A DNA stretch of 64,000 nt from an uncultured Gemmatimonadales bacterium (GCA_963708135.1 OY970192.1:4032001-4096000), one strand, 5' to 3'. Shown: positions 48,202-59,677, counted from the stretch's first letter. Numbers and translations are program-made. Notes: a model not told the origin generated them from the sequence alone.

Positions 48202-50906
48202 GGGTTCACTCCCTTCGCGCCCAGGCTGAGCAGGTTCGCGAAGAGGCGATACGCGCCGGGGACGCCGGCGGGGAGCTGCCGGAAGAGCGAGAGCCCGGTG
48301 TACACGTAGGTGCCGCGCCCGTACGGCGCCACCAGCAGCGCGCCCTTGAGCGGCGGGCTCGCGGGGTCGTTCATCTCGAGGAGCGGCGTGTAATGGCTGT
48401 CCCAGTCGTGGGGGAAGTAGAGCCCGCGCTCCTGGACCCAGCCCTTCCAGTCCCCGGGGCCGAGCTTGTTGGGGAAGCCCAGTGCCTTGCTGGACGGATC
48501 GAGCTCCGTCACGGGCGCGGTCTCGTCCGTCACGCGGTCGGCCGGGCGCGCGTAGCTGAGCGGGTACGGCGCGAGACCCGGGTCGGCGTAGCCGTACTGC
48601 TGGTACTGCACGATGAGCGTGCCGCCGTTGCGGACGTAGTCCAGGACGCGCCGGTTGTGCGCGAGCAGGTCCTGGCGCACCTCGTAGGCGCGGATCCCGA
48701 CCACGATCACGTCGTAGGCGGACAGGTCACCGGAGGCGAGGGTGGCGGCATCGATCGGCGTGACGTCGACGCCGAGCTGGGCAAGGCCGGCGGGAACCGC
48801 ATCCCCGGCGCCCATGATGTAGCCGACCTTCGGCGTGCCGGCGACCTTCACGTCGAGCGCCCGCACGAGCACGTCCGATGGATGGTAGAGCATGTGCGGC
48901 CGGATATGGGGGTAGTCCACGAGCTCGTAGCCGCGGTCGAAGCGCGTGCCGGCGTCGCTCGTGAACGCCGCCTTCACGTGGTACTCGCCCGCGGCGGCGC
49001 CCGGCGCGGGGATGACCTGGAACTCGGCCACGCTGCTCTCGCCGGCCTTGTCGAATCGAACCGGGATGGACGCCGGCTCCGCCCGCCAGCCGGCGGGCAG
49101 CTCGAGCGCGAGCGCGCCGCTCTCGCCATCCGGGGCCTGGGCCGCCAGGTGCACGGACACGTGCAGCGGTTGCGCCTCCCGGCCCAGCGGCAGCACGGCC
49201 ACGCGCGGATCGACGTCCACGGAAACGGCCGGCACGACCCGGACGGGGCGGTGGAACTCGCCCGACTGGCGGCTGGCGCCCACGAACATCGCCTCGCGCG
49301 TGGCCGGCACGGTCGCGCCGTCCACGCCCACCTCGAAGGTGGCGCGGACGGGCGGCGGCGCGAACGGCTGGTTGCGGATGGCTGGATCCTCGGGCCAGCG
49401 GTACATGTCGCCGTCGCGCGGCTGCTTGAGGAAATACGCCTCCGTCTCCTCCGCGTCGGCCGGGACGTTCACGCGCCAGGTCTCGACGCCCATCGTGTGC
49501 GGCGCCACGGTGTCTCCGGGCAGGGGGGCGGCGGGATCCGGCGCGGCCAGCCGGCCGCCGCGCATCCGGCCGCCGGCCTCCGCGGCCTGCCCGGGCGGCA
49601 CGCGCGTGGCCGTCCAGCCCGCGGGGAGCAGTGGCCGCGCCACCGCCCGGACGGGCCGGTCGCCGCCGTTCCAGACGCGGGTCTCGACCTGGAAGCTCTG
49701 GCCCGGCACGACGAGCTCATCGGAGGCGACGGCGTCGATCACGATGCCGGCGGCACCGATCAGCGCCGCGGCCACGTCCTCCCGCTCGTGGCCGACCACG
49801 AAGCCCAGGTCCTCGGTGGCGGCGTCGTGGCGGGCGGCGACGCGGCCGTCGGCGGTGGCGAGGAGTCCGGCCATGCGGGAGAGGCGGGGCACGAGCGTGC
49901 CGGGGTCATAGGGATCGAACCCGCCGCGCAGGCCCGCGGCCGCGCTGTCGTAAGCCGTAAGGGCGCGGAGCAGGGCCGGGTCGCGGTCGGCGGCCGGGAG
50001 GTCGGCGGCGCGCTGGGAGAGCAGCGTGTCGACGTCGCCGAAGAGAGACGCCTCGTGGGCCGGCGCCGCGCCCTTCAGCGCGCGATCCTCGAGGAGCACG
50101 GCGCCGGTGTGGTGCGGCCCGGGCGGCGCCACGCGGCCCATATCCTGGGAGCGGTGGCGGCTGCGCGCCTCCATGGCGGCCTGATAGTAGGAGCGGCCGA
50201 GCAGCGGGTCGTACCCGGTGGGGACGTGGACCATCTCCGCGTCGGACGCGAAATAGGCGCCCTGGTAGAGCTTCTGGGCGGCCCACGGCCGGAGCCCGCG
50301 GCGGAGCTGCTCGGGGAAACGGGCGGGGTCGGCGGCGGCCTCGAACGCCTCGCGCGCCACGATGCCGGCCACCTGGTGGTGCCCGTGGCCGTCGCGCGGG
50401 GTGCCCGTGAAGACGGAGACGACGACATCCGGGCGGAACTTCCGGATCACCGCCACGACATCGGCGAGCACCTCCTGGTGCGGCCAGTGGCCGAACGCCT
50501 CGGCCGCGCTCTTGGAGAAGCCGTAGTCGAACTCGCGGCCGAAGAACTGCCCCGCACCGTCGAAGCGGCGGGCGGCGAGCAGCTCCTCGGTGCGGATGAG
50601 GCCGAGCGCCTCGAAGAGATCCGGCCCGATGGCGTCCTGGCCGCCCTCGCCGCGGGTGAGTGACATGTAGGCCACGTCCGCGCCGCGACCGAGCGCCAGC
50701 GCGGCCAGGAGCTGGGTATCCTCGTCGTCGGGATGCGCACCGATCATGAGCACGCGCTCCGTGGGCCCGACGCGGCGGAGCGCGAGCCCGAGCGCGGTGG
50801 CGCCGTGGTACTCGGAGGCGGTGGACTGGGCCGCGGCAGAAGGTGCCGTGGCCACGCAGGCGAGCGCCGCGCAGAGGGCGGCGCGCCGCAGAATTGTGTT
50901 GGTCAT
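48198..50906 (-). CDS. Secreted multidomain PIG-L/LmbE family deacetylase
   Basis: Signal peptide; AHPDDE, RGEGGQ, HGHH; Ig-like middle; GATase-like C-terminus. Confidence 0.88.
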   Translation of the reverse strand: MTNTILRRAALCAALACVATAPSAAAQSTASEYHGATALGLALRRVGPTERVLMIGAHPDDEDTQLLAALALGRGADVAYMSLTRGEGGQDAIGPDLFEALGLIRTEELLAARRFDGAGQFFGREFDYGFSKSAAEAFGHWPHQEVLADVVAVIRKFRPDVVVSVFTGTPRDGHGHHQVAGIVAREAFEAAADPARFPEQLRRGLRPWAAQKLYQGAYFASDAEMVHVPTGYDPLLGRSYYQAAMEARSRHRSQDMGRVAPPGPHHTGAVLLEDRALKGAAPAHEASLFGDVDTLLSQRAADLPAADRDPALLRALTAYDSAAAGLRGGFDPYDPGTLVPRLSRMAGLLATADGRVAARHDAATEDLGFVVGHEREDVAAALIGAAGIVIDAVASDELVVPGQSFQVETRVWNGGDRPVRAVARPLLPAGWTATRVPPGQAAEAGGRMRGGRLAAPDPAAPLPGDTVAPHTMGVETWRVNVPADAEETEAYFLKQPRDGDMYRWPEDPAIRNQPFAPPPVRATFEVGVDGATVPATREAMFVGASRQSGEFHRPVRVVPAVSVDVDPRVAVLPLGREAQPLHVSVHLAAQAPDGESGALALELPAGWRAEPASIPVRFDKAGESSVAEFQVIPAPGAAAGEYHVKAAFTSDAGTRFDRGYELVDYPHIRPHMLYHPSDVLVRALDVKVAGTPKVGYIMGAGDAVPAGLAQLGVDVTPIDAATLASGDLSAYDVIVVGIRAYEVRQDLLAHNRRVLDYVRNGGTLIVQYQQYGYADPGLAPYPLSYARPADRVTDETAPVTELDPSSKALGFPNKLGPGDWKGWVQERGLYFPHDWDSHYTPLLEMNDPASPPLKGALLVAPYGRGTYVYTGLSLFRQLPAGVPGAYRLFANLLSLGAKGVNP

Positions 50907-50979
50907 CCGGCAAAAGCTAGGCACCGGCCCGAGGGATGCAAGGGAGGCGGGGCCGCGGGCCGGACGTACGGCCGCCGCC

Positions 50980-52128
50980 TCAACCGGCTCGACAGAAGCG
51001 CTCGGCGGCCGCCACGAGAACGCGCGCGTTCTCGACGACGGAAGCCACATCGACCCACTCCACGGCCGCGTGGGCGCCCTCGCCCGCCGCGCCAATGTTC
51101 ACGGCCGGGATGCCGGCGCCGGCGAACACCGCGGCATCCATCCAGTAGGCGACGCCGACCTCGCCGGGTTCCCGGCCCGTCACCTCCGTCGCGGCCTCGC
51201 GGACGGCGGCGGCGAGCGGGTGCGCGCGGTCGCACTCGAGCGGCTCCCGGCTGAAGATGCGCCGGGCCGCCGCCTCTTCCCCCGCCGCGCGGACGACGGC
51301 CTCGACCTCCGCCTGGACCGCCTCCGGCGTCTCCCCGGGGAGCGTGCGCCGCTCGACGCGAAGCGTGCAGGACTCGGCGTAGGTCGAAAGGCCGCTGCCG
51401 CCCTCGACGGCCGCGGAGTGCATCGAGGCGGGGCCGACGAGCGGGTGGGTGCGGGCGCGCAGCGTCTCGCGATCGAAGGCATCGAGCGCCGCGATGATCT
51501 TGCCCATGCGCGCCACCGCGCTCACGCCCACGTCCCAGCGGCTGCCGTGCGCCGCGGTCCCGCGCGTCTCGAGCTCGAGCCAGACGAAGCCCTTGTGCGC
51601 CAGCACGAGCTCCCCCGCGCTCGGCTCCGTGACGATGCAGCCGTCCGCGTCCGGGTGCCGGCGGACGAAGTCGTCCGCGCCGATGCTGGCGTACTCCTCG
51701 TCGCAGACCAGGGCGACGAGGACCGTCCCGTCGAGCTCGCCCTCCTGGAGCGCGGCGGCGGCGGCGAGGATCGCGGCTACGCCGCCCTTCATGTCATAGG
51801 CGCCCCGGCCGTAGAGGCGGTCGCCCTCGACGCGCGGCTCGAACGGCGCGGTCGTCATGCCGCGCGCGGAGACAGTGTCGAGGTGTGCGCACAGCGCCAG
51901 CGTCCGCCCCCCTCCACCGCCGACGCGCGCCACCGCGTTCGGCCGTCCGGGCGCCGCCTCCTCCAGCCACGCCTCGACCCCGCGGGCCGCCAGCCAGTCG
52001 CGCGCGAACGCGGCGATCTCCGCCTCGCCGCCCGGCTCGTCGGGGGCGAGCGTCGGGTTCACCGACGGGATGCGGACGAGGTCGCCGAGCAGGGCCTCGA
52101 TCTCGGCACGGGAGAGGGGATCGCTCAT
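50980..52128 (-). CDS. ArgE/DapE-like M20 deacylase
   Basis: AHLDTV, GRGAYDMKGG, DEE, AHAAVE. Confidence 0.88.
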   Translation of the reverse strand: MSDPLSRAEIEALLGDLVRIPSVNPTLAPDEPGGEAEIAAFARDWLAARGVEAWLEEAAPGRPNAVARVGGGGGRTLALCAHLDTVSARGMTTAPFEPRVEGDRLYGRGAYDMKGGVAAILAAAAALQEGELDGTVLVALVCDEEYASIGADDFVRRHPDADGCIVTEPSAGELVLAHKGFVWLELETRGTAAHGSRWDVGVSAVARMGKIIAALDAFDRETLRARTHPLVGPASMHSAAVEGGSGLSTYAESCTLRVERRTLPGETPEAVQAEVEAVVRAAGEEAAARRIFSREPLECDRAHPLAAAVREAATEVTGREPGEVGVAYWMDAAVFAGAGIPAVNIGAAGEGAHAAVEWVDVASVVENARVLVAAAERFCRAG

Positions 52129-52315
52129 GCGGTGCACCCAGACTGGGGATGGGACCGGCGCCGGGGCATGGGCATGGCCGGCGGCGAGCCGGCGCCAAGA
52201 TATGGGCGCGCGGCTCACAGCGCGAGCACCAGCGCGCCCCTGGAGGCGCTGGAGGAGATGAGCGCGCACGAGGCGGCGAAGATGCCCACGCGCACGGGGT
52301 GCCGGACCCGCTAGA

Positions 52316-54395
52316 CTAGACCAGCTCCGGCTCGAGCTGGTGAACGGGCGTGCCGGGCGTCCAGGCGGTGATGCGTCCGGCAATGGCGCTGGCGGCCACG
52401 GTGTAGGGCGAGGCCAGGTAGAGCTGGCCTGGCCCGGAGCGGCCCGGGAAGTTCCGGTTCTGCGAGCTGATGGTCACCTCGTCCGCCGTCCGGCTCGTGC
52501 CCGGGCCGGCGGCAATGCAGGCGCCGCAGCCCGGCTCGATGAACTCCGCGCCGATCTCGTCGAACAGGTCGAGGTATCCCTTCTTCTCGCAGTACTGCCG
52601 GACTTCCTGGGAGCCGCACTGGATGTAGAGCCGCACGTCCGCGTGCACGCGCTGGCCGGCCTCGCGCGCCTCCGCGAAGACGGCCGCGTACATGTCCATG
52701 TCCTCCTTCTTCCCGGCCGTGCAGGAGCCGGCGTAGGCGGCGTCGATGCGGATCGGCTCGTCGGAGAGCTCATCGATGTAGAGCCCGTTCCCGGGATCGC
52801 CGGGGAGCGCGACCATCGGCCGCAGCGCGGAGGCGTCGATCTCGATGAGCTTGACGTAGTCGGCATCCGGATCGGAGGCGAGGCCCTCGACGAGCGCCTC
52901 GGCGCGGGCCCGCTCCATCCCGCGCTCCGCGACGAGGTAGTCCACGGCTTTCGCGTCGGGCGCCACGATCCCGGTGAACGCACCCACCTCGGCGGCCATG
53001 TTCGTCATGGTGGCGCGCTCGTCCACGGACAGCGCCTCCACCGCCTCGCCCGCGTACTCGATGATCTGGCCGATCGCGCGGCCGTCCCGGATGTAGGGGT
53101 GGCGCAGGATCTCGAGCATGAAATCCTTGGCCGTGACGTTGACCGGCTTCCGGCCGCGCACCAGGACCTTGAAGGACGGCGGCACCGAGACGCGCACGTC
53201 CTTCGTGATCCAGGAGTTGAAGATCGCAGTGGTGCCGATGCCGAAGGCGACGGCGCCGATCGCGCCCGAGTGCGGCGTGTGGGAGTCCGTCCCCACGATG
53301 AGCTGGCCGGGCTCCGCGTAGGTCTCGAGCATCTTCGAGTGGCATATGGCCTCGGAGCCCAGGCGCAGGCCGAGACGCTCGCCGTAGTAGATGACGCCCT
53401 GCTTCTTCGCGAACTCCTCCTGCTTGTCCTTCAGCTGCCGCGCCACGTCCAGCAGCCCCATCTGTACCCTTTCCTGCGGCATCACCTCGTGCAGGTAAGT
53501 CGAGATGGTCGCGGAACATGATGACGGTCGAAGGATCCGTGACGCGGGCATCGGCGCCGACCTTGTGCTCGAAGAAGATCGCGGCCATCGGGCTCACGTA
53601 CTCGTGGCTGAAGCGCCAGTCCGTCTTCACGAAGCCGCTGTCGCCGGCCCGCACCCACGGCACGCCGAACTCGCCCTTCGCCGCGTCCACGACCCAGTGC
53701 CGGGCGAAGATCTTCTCCGCGATCGTCATCGGCCGGCGCGAAGCGGGCGGCGCCGCGCCCGAGGCCGCCCCCTGCGACTCGATGCGCGGCAGCGAGACCT
53801 TCCCCTGGAGCCGCGCCACGTTGTACTCGAACAGGCCGCCGTACTCGATGATCTCGCGCGTGATCGGGTCCATGCCGGCGGTGAACACCTCGAGCGGGAT
53901 CTGCTCGCCGTCCCGGATCCGGTCGATCAGCGAGAAGTCGGTCGAGGTCAGCACGCCGAGGTTCTGGCAGTTCTCGTTGTAGATGCGCTCGATGTTCTCC
54001 GCGATCACGACGCGGATGCCGGCCATGAGCTCCGCGTACGGCGACTGCTCGCGGGAGCTGCCCTTGCCGCGCCGCTTCCCGCTCACCGAGCAAACGAAGC
54101 CGCCCTTCCTCACGCTGCCGCGCGTGACCGGGAACTCACCGCCGGCCTTGAGGCCGAGGTAGGGGAAGTCCCCGAGGGTCTCGTCGAAGTAGTAGCAGAT
54201 GTAGGCGGGCGTGATCTCGTCGGTCGAGATCTGGTCGCGCAGCCCGGCGCCGAGCGCGGTCTCGAGGTCGATGTCCTCGCCCTCGAGCTGCCGCCGCATG
54301 AGATCGGCGTCATCCACCAGGAAAAGAATACGGCCATTGAAGCGGAGCAGCGGCGCGCGCTTCTCCACGGCCAGGTGCAGCAGGTCTTCACGCAT
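52316..54395 (-). pseudogene. Single-chain aconitase-family dehydratase (N-terminal swivel domain) with one extra base at about 53501; pseudogene or sequencing error
   Basis: ISTDEITP, GKGSSRE, FRDHL|TYL frame junction, TDSHT, GSCTAG, PGCGAC, NRNFPGR. Confidence 0.8.
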
Positions 54396-54522
54396 GCGGG
54401 CGACCCCCGGGCATGGCGGTTCGACGGGTTCCGACAAGTGGTACCGGAAAGGGCGTAAAGTGTGCCGCGGCGCAACTCGCCGGCAAGTGGGCAGCCGTCC
54501 AGAGCGCACCTGGCCCGCGAAG

Positions 54523-54550
54523 CCCGAACCCCGAGCCCCGAACCCCGGGG
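54523..54550. repeat. Short heptamer tandem repeat (CCCGAAC-like, about 4 copies)
   Basis: CCCGAAC CCCGAGC CCCGAAC CCCGGGG. Confidence 0.5.
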
Positions 54551-54564
54551 CGGGCCGGGCGAGG

Positions 54565-54957
54565 CTACGGCTTCAGCCCGTCGAGGAACCAGCGCGCCCG
54601 GACGCCGTCGGCGTCGGTGCCATTGCCGGAGATCTCGGCCATGATCTCGGTGGCGCGCTCGTGCCAGCCGAAGAAGAACGCCTGGACGCGCGGGTCCTGC
54701 AGCCCGAGGGCCTCGCCGCACGTCCGGCGCCACTGCTCGAGAAGCGGGCCGTCGATCACGCCGGATTCCGCCGCGGGGGCGACGACGTGGCGGAGGTACT
54801 CGGCGGGCGGCGGCGCCTCGAGCGTCTCGAGCGTGAGGGCGCAGTCGGCCGCGCTCCGGCCGGCCTCGCGTCCGACGATGAGGGCGCTGGCGCGCTGCGG
54901 GAGGGTGAGCCTGTCGTAGGCGGATGAGAGCAGGAGCAGGCGCTGCGGTTGATCCAT
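54565..54957 (-). CDS. Hypothetical protein (MDQPQRLLLL...; alternative start 54978)
   Basis: Protein-like composition; promoter-like TTGCGG-N18-CATACT upstream. Confidence 0.65.
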   Translation of the reverse strand: MDQPQRLLLLSSAYDRLTLPQRASALIVGREAGRSAADCALTLETLEAPPPAEYLRHVVAPAAESGVIDGPLLEQWRRTCGEALGLQDPRVQAFFFGWHERATEIMAEISGNGTDADGVRARWFLDGLKP

Positions 54958-55131
54958 AGGCGGCGTAAGTATGGGCATTGGCCCGCGGGAGCCGCAAGAA
55001 ACCGCCGGCGGAACGAGCTCGCGCATGGGGGCACGGGACACACCGGGGCACGCGACGGTTGCCCCGGCGGCCGCGGATTCGGTATCGTGGAGCTTCCTTC
55101 CGCCGCATCCAGCCACAACCAGCGAGGGCTC

Positions 55132-57175
55132 ATGCGCACAACCCGTATTCTCCCGGGCATCCTGCTGCTCGCCGTGGCGGCGCCGCCGGCGCGCGCGCAG
55201 CAGCCGGCGTCGGACCGGCTGCAGCTCGAGCAGTACCTGGACATGGAGGACGTCGGCCAGCCGCAGCTCTCACCCGATGGCCGGCAGATCGTCTATACCC
55301 GGCGGTGGGTGGACAAGAATGCACGACCGTCACGAGTCGGCGCTGTGGATCGTGGACGCGAACGGCGGCCGGAACCGCTTCCTCGTAGACGGGCGGGATG
55401 CGCAGTGGTCGCCGGACGGCCGCCGGATCGCGTACCTGGCGGAGGGCGACCCCAGAGGAGCGCAGATCTTCGTGCGCTGGATGGATGCGACGGGCGCGGT
55501 CACGCAGGTCACGCGGCTGACCGAGACGCCCGGCGACCTCACGTGGGCGCCGGATGGCCGGAGCATCGCGTTCCGGATGCTCGTGCCGGAGAAGAACGGC
55601 TGGAAGGCGGAGGCGAAGGTGGCGGGGATGCGGCCGGCGGGTGCGAAGTGGACGGAGGCGCCGCGGGTCGTGGACCGGCTCCACTACCGACAGGACCGGG
55701 TCGGCTACCTCGAGGATGGCTATCGTCACATCTTCACGGTCTCGGCGGACGGCGGCACCCCGCATCAGGTGACCGACGGCCCGTACGAGGATGGCGCGCC
55801 GGCGTGGGCGCCGACCGGCCGCTCGATCTATTTTTCCGGGCTGCGCGAGCCGGATGCGGAGTACGCGTGGCGTGAGTCGGAGGTCTACGCGGTGGACGCG
55901 GCGGGCGGGCAGGTGCGGCAGCTGACGCGGCACCCGGGGCCGGACAACGGGCCGGTGGCGAGCCCGGACGGCCGCCTCGTCGCCTTCACGGGGTTCGACA
56001 AGACGGACGACACCTGGCGCGACGCAGACCTCTACGTGATGGCCGCCGACGGCTCTGCGCGCCGCACGCTGACCACCGGCTTCGACCGCACGCCGCGCGA
56101 CGTGCGCTGGGCGCCGGACGGGAGCGGGCTCTACTTCAACGTGGATGAGGCGGGCTCCCGGAACCTGTACTTCGTGGCGCTCAAGGGCGGAGCGCCGAGG
56201 GCCGTCACGAAGGGCGCGCACATCCTGGGCGTCACCGACCTCGGCCGGACAATGGCGGTCGGGACGGAGTCCTCGCCGCAGATGCCGGGACGCATGGTCG
56301 AGGTGGACCTGCGGTCCGGCGCGGTCACGCCGCTGGTGGATGTGAACGCCGACATCCTGGCGGGCAAGGATCTCGGCTCGCTCGAGGAGATCCGCTATCC
56401 GTCCGAGGACGGCATGAAGATCCAGGGCTGGATCCTCAAGCCGCCGCACTTCGATCCGCAGCGCAAGTACCCACTGCTGCTCTCCATCCACGGCGGCCCG
56501 CACGGGATGTACGGCGTCGGCTTCAATTTCGGCTGGCAGGAGTGGGCGGCCAACGACTATGTCGTGGTCTACTTCAACCCGCGCGGCAGCACCGGCTACG
56601 GCAGCGCGTTCGGCAACGCAATCAAGAACGCATACCCGGGCAAGGATTTCGATGACCTGATGACCGGCGTCAACTCGGTCGTGGCGCGCGGCTACATCGA
56701 CACGCGCGACATGTTCGTCTACGGCTGCAGCGGCGGGGGCGTGCTGACGGCGTGGACCGTCGGGCACACGGACCGCTTCGCGGCGGCCGCTTCGCTGTGC
56801 CCGGTCATCGACTGGATCAGCTTCGTCGGCGTGACGGACGGCCCCGGGTGGTACTACAACTTCAAGAAGCTGCCGTGGGAGGACCCGAGCGAGCACCTGC
56901 GCCGCTCGCCGCTCATGTACGCCGGCAACGTGAAGACTCCGACCATGCTCATGACGGGCGTGCTCGACCTGCGCACGCCGATTCCGCAGACCGAGGAGTT
57001 CTACCGCGCGCTCAAGCTGCGCAAGGTGCCCACGGCCATGGTGCGGATGAACGGCGAGTACCACGGCACTACGTCGAAGCCCTCGAACTTCCTGCGCACT
57101 CAGCTCTACCTGCGCAGCTGGTTCGAGCAGTGGGCGGGGAGCAAGCGGGTGGCGCGGGCGACGGACGGAAAGTAG
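55132..57175 (+). pseudogene. Secreted S9 family peptidase with one extra A at about 55318; pseudogene or sequencing error
   Basis: Signal peptide and SPDG repeat in one frame, continuing ...VDK|MHDR... in the next; HGGP, GCSGGG, GVLDLR, EYHG. Confidence 0.85.
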
Positions 57176-57301
57176 CGGAGCTGCGGGCGCCCGCCCTGTC
57201 CCCTCCACCCGACACGGGGGACGCGGGGCGACACCGAGCGACGTGACGGCGCGGCCGCGGGCGCCGGGCGACTCATGGCCCGGCGTTCGACCGCGCGACC
57301 G

Positions 57302-58273
57302 CTACCGCAGCCGCAGCTCGACCACGACCGGCCGGTGGTCCGACGCCTCCGTATCGGGCACGGCGGCGGAATCCACCTCGAACGGCCCCCTGACGAGCAC
57401 GTAGTCGATCCGCTCGCGAGGCGCCTCGGCCGGATACGTGAAACCGGGAGGCGACGCGCCCGGCGCGCTCGCCCGGCCGGCGGCGGCGGCCGCGGACCAG
57501 GCGTCGCCGAGCGTGGCGAGGAGGGGGTGGAGCTCGGCGGCGTCCGGCGTCGCATTCAGGTCCCCCACGAGGATCAGTGGACCGCCGCTCCGGCGAAGCA
57601 CTCGAAGCATCTCCGCCACCTGAGTCCGGCGCACGGCGGGATCGCGGCGGTAGTCCAGGTGCGTGGCGAGGAATCGGACGCCGCGGCCGCCGACATCCAC
57701 CGTGACCTCGGGGAAGCCGGGGGCCGGGGCGGGCACCGGATGTAGCGTCTGCGTGGACAGCCGGGTGAGCGGGTGGTTCACGGCGGCGCGGATCCGGCAG
57801 CGGGCGAGGATGGCCAGGCCGAAGCGCCGCCGCGGACTGCCGGCCGCCGGCGGAGGCAGGTCGTAGATCGGCGCAAAGAAGACGCCCATGCCGAGCGAGT
57901 CGGCGAGCGCAGCGGCCTGGTCCACCCAGCCGCTGCGCGCGCCGAAGTGGACATCCACCTCCTCGAGGCCCACCAGGTCGGGCGAGGCCGCGCGGCTGGC
58001 CGCCACGACGCCGGCCAGCCCGAACCGGCCCGCGGCGATGTTGTAGGTCAGGACACGGAGCGCCGTGCCGCCGCCGGGGGCGGGCCGGCCGCAGGACGCG
58101 GGCAGTGGGGGCGTGGCCGGGCCGCGGAAGCCGGGCACGCGCGAGGACGCGGCTGTGGGTGCGGAGGACCGCGGGCCCGGCGAGTGGGCGCAGGCGCCCA
58201 GCAGCAGGGCGGCGAGCGCGCCGCATGTGAGGGCCGTCTCCGCGCGGGCGGCGGAGTAGCGCGGTGCGCTCAC
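57302..58273 (-). CDS. Endonuclease/exonuclease/phosphatase family lipoprotein
   Basis: LGAC lipobox; TYNI, LEEVD, THLD, GDLN, RIDY, SDH. Confidence 0.88.
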   Translation of the reverse strand: MSAPRYSAARAETALTCGALAALLLGACAHSPGPRSSAPTAASSRVPGFRGPATPPLPASCGRPAPGGGTALRVLTYNIAAGRFGLAGVVAASRAASPDLVGLEEVDVHFGARSGWVDQAAALADSLGMGVFFAPIYDLPPPAAGSPRRRFGLAILARCRIRAAVNHPLTRLSTQTLHPVPAPAPGFPEVTVDVGGRGVRFLATHLDYRRDPAVRRTQVAEMLRVLRRSGGPLILVGDLNATPDAAELHPLLATLGDAWSAAAAAGRASAPGASPPGFTYPAEAPRERIDYVLVRGPFEVDSAAVPDTEASDHRPVVVELRLR

Positions 58274-58310
58274 CCGCTCGCCACCGTTCGTTTCCCGCCG
58301 TCCGCGCATG

Positions 58311-59636
58311 CTACAGCAGCACGCCGCGCAGGAGCAGGCTGGCCACGGTGAAGTAGATGATCAGCCCAACCACGTCCACGAGGGTGGCGACGAAAGGAGC
58401 GGACGCGCTGGCGGGGTCGAAGCCGACCCGTCGCAGAAGGAAAGGCAGCATGGAACCGGCGATGGTGCCCCAGGTGACCACGCCGACAAGGCTGGCTGCG
58501 ATGGTGAGGGCAATGAGCAGGTAATGCACGCCGTACACGTTGCCGATGGCCTGCCACGCCAGGATGCGCAGGAAGCCGATGATGGCGAGGGCCACGCCGA
58601 GCACGACGCCAGCGGCCAGCTCACGGCGGATCACGCGGAACCAGTCGCGCAGCCGCACCTCGCCCACGGCCATGGCACGCACCACGAGGGTGGAGGCCTG
58701 GGAGCCGGAGTTGCCGCCGCTCGAGATGATGAGCGGCATGAAGAGCGAGAGGACGAGCGCCTTGCCGATCTCCGTCTGATAGAAGCCGAGCGCTGTGGCC
58801 GTGAACATCTCGCCGACGAAGAGGATCGAGAGCCAGCCGGCGCGCTTCCGGACCATCTTGAAGAAGCCGATGTCGAGGTAGGGCGCGTCGAGCGCCTCCA
58901 TGCCGCCGTACTTCTGGACGTCCTCGGTGGCCTCCTCGCGGACGACGTCCACGATGTCGTCGACGGTCACGATGCCCTTCATGTGGCCGTCGGCGTCGAT
59001 GACCGGGATGGCGACGAGGTCGTGCTCCGCGAACAGGTCGGCGAGCGCCTCCTGGTCCATCTCCTCGTGCGCGGCGACGAGGTCGGTGTCCATGATCTCG
59101 CGCACGGGGACGCGCGGCGGCGCGGCGAAGAGCTGGCGCAGCGAGACGACGCCGACCAGGCGCTGCTGCGGGTCCAGCACGTAGGCGTAGTAGAGGGTCT
59201 CGACGGCGGCGGTGGCGGAGACGGCCTGACGGCGGAGATAGCTGATGGCCTCGTCGACGCTCATGTCGGCCCGCACGCGCGCGAAACGCGGGTTCATGAG
59301 GCCGCCGGCGTCGTCCTCCTCGTAGGCGAGGAGGGCGGTGACCTCCTTGCGGGTGGCGGGATCGAGGAGCTCGAGCAGCTCCTGGCGGCGGTCCTCGTCC
59401 GCGGCCTGGATGACATCCGCCACGTCGTCGGGGGCGAGGAGGCGGATCCAGAGGCGGCGCTGTCCGCGCGAGAACGCCTCCAGCAGCTCGGCCTGCTCGC
59501 GGGCGGGCAGCGCGAAGAAGAACTCCTCGGCCTCCTCGGCATCGAGGAGCATGAAGCCCTCGACGCGCTCCGCCGTGGACAGGAGCGACCAGGTCTCCTC
59601 CAGCTCCTCCGGGTCCAGCTCGCGGTGCTCGATCAT
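58311..59636 (-). CDS. mgtE: Magnesium transporter MgtE
   Basis: AGGLM, CBS pair, GGNSGSQ, DPASASAPFVATLVD. Confidence 0.95.
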   Translation of the reverse strand: MIEHRELDPEELEETWSLLSTAERVEGFMLLDAEEAEEFFFALPAREQAELLEAFSRGQRRLWIRLLAPDDVADVIQAADEDRRQELLELLDPATRKEVTALLAYEEDDAGGLMNPRFARVRADMSVDEAISYLRRQAVSATAAVETLYYAYVLDPQQRLVGVVSLRQLFAAPPRVPVREIMDTDLVAAHEEMDQEALADLFAEHDLVAIPVIDADGHMKGIVTVDDIVDVVREEATEDVQKYGGMEALDAPYLDIGFFKMVRKRAGWLSILFVGEMFTATALGFYQTEIGKALVLSLFMPLIISSGGNSGSQASTLVVRAMAVGEVRLRDWFRVIRRELAAGVVLGVALAIIGFLRILAWQAIGNVYGVHYLLIALTIAASLVGVVTWGTIAGSMLPFLLRRVGFDPASASAPFVATLVDVVGLIIYFTVASLLLRGVLL

Positions 59637-59677
59637 AGGCGGATCCACTGCGTTCGGGGTGCGTCCGCTCGGTCGTC

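Noticed and set aside
53495..55325. Programmed ribosomal frameshifting in the aconitase-like and S9 genes
   Set aside because: No slippery heptamer or homopolymer run at either junction; a simple indel is more parsimonious.
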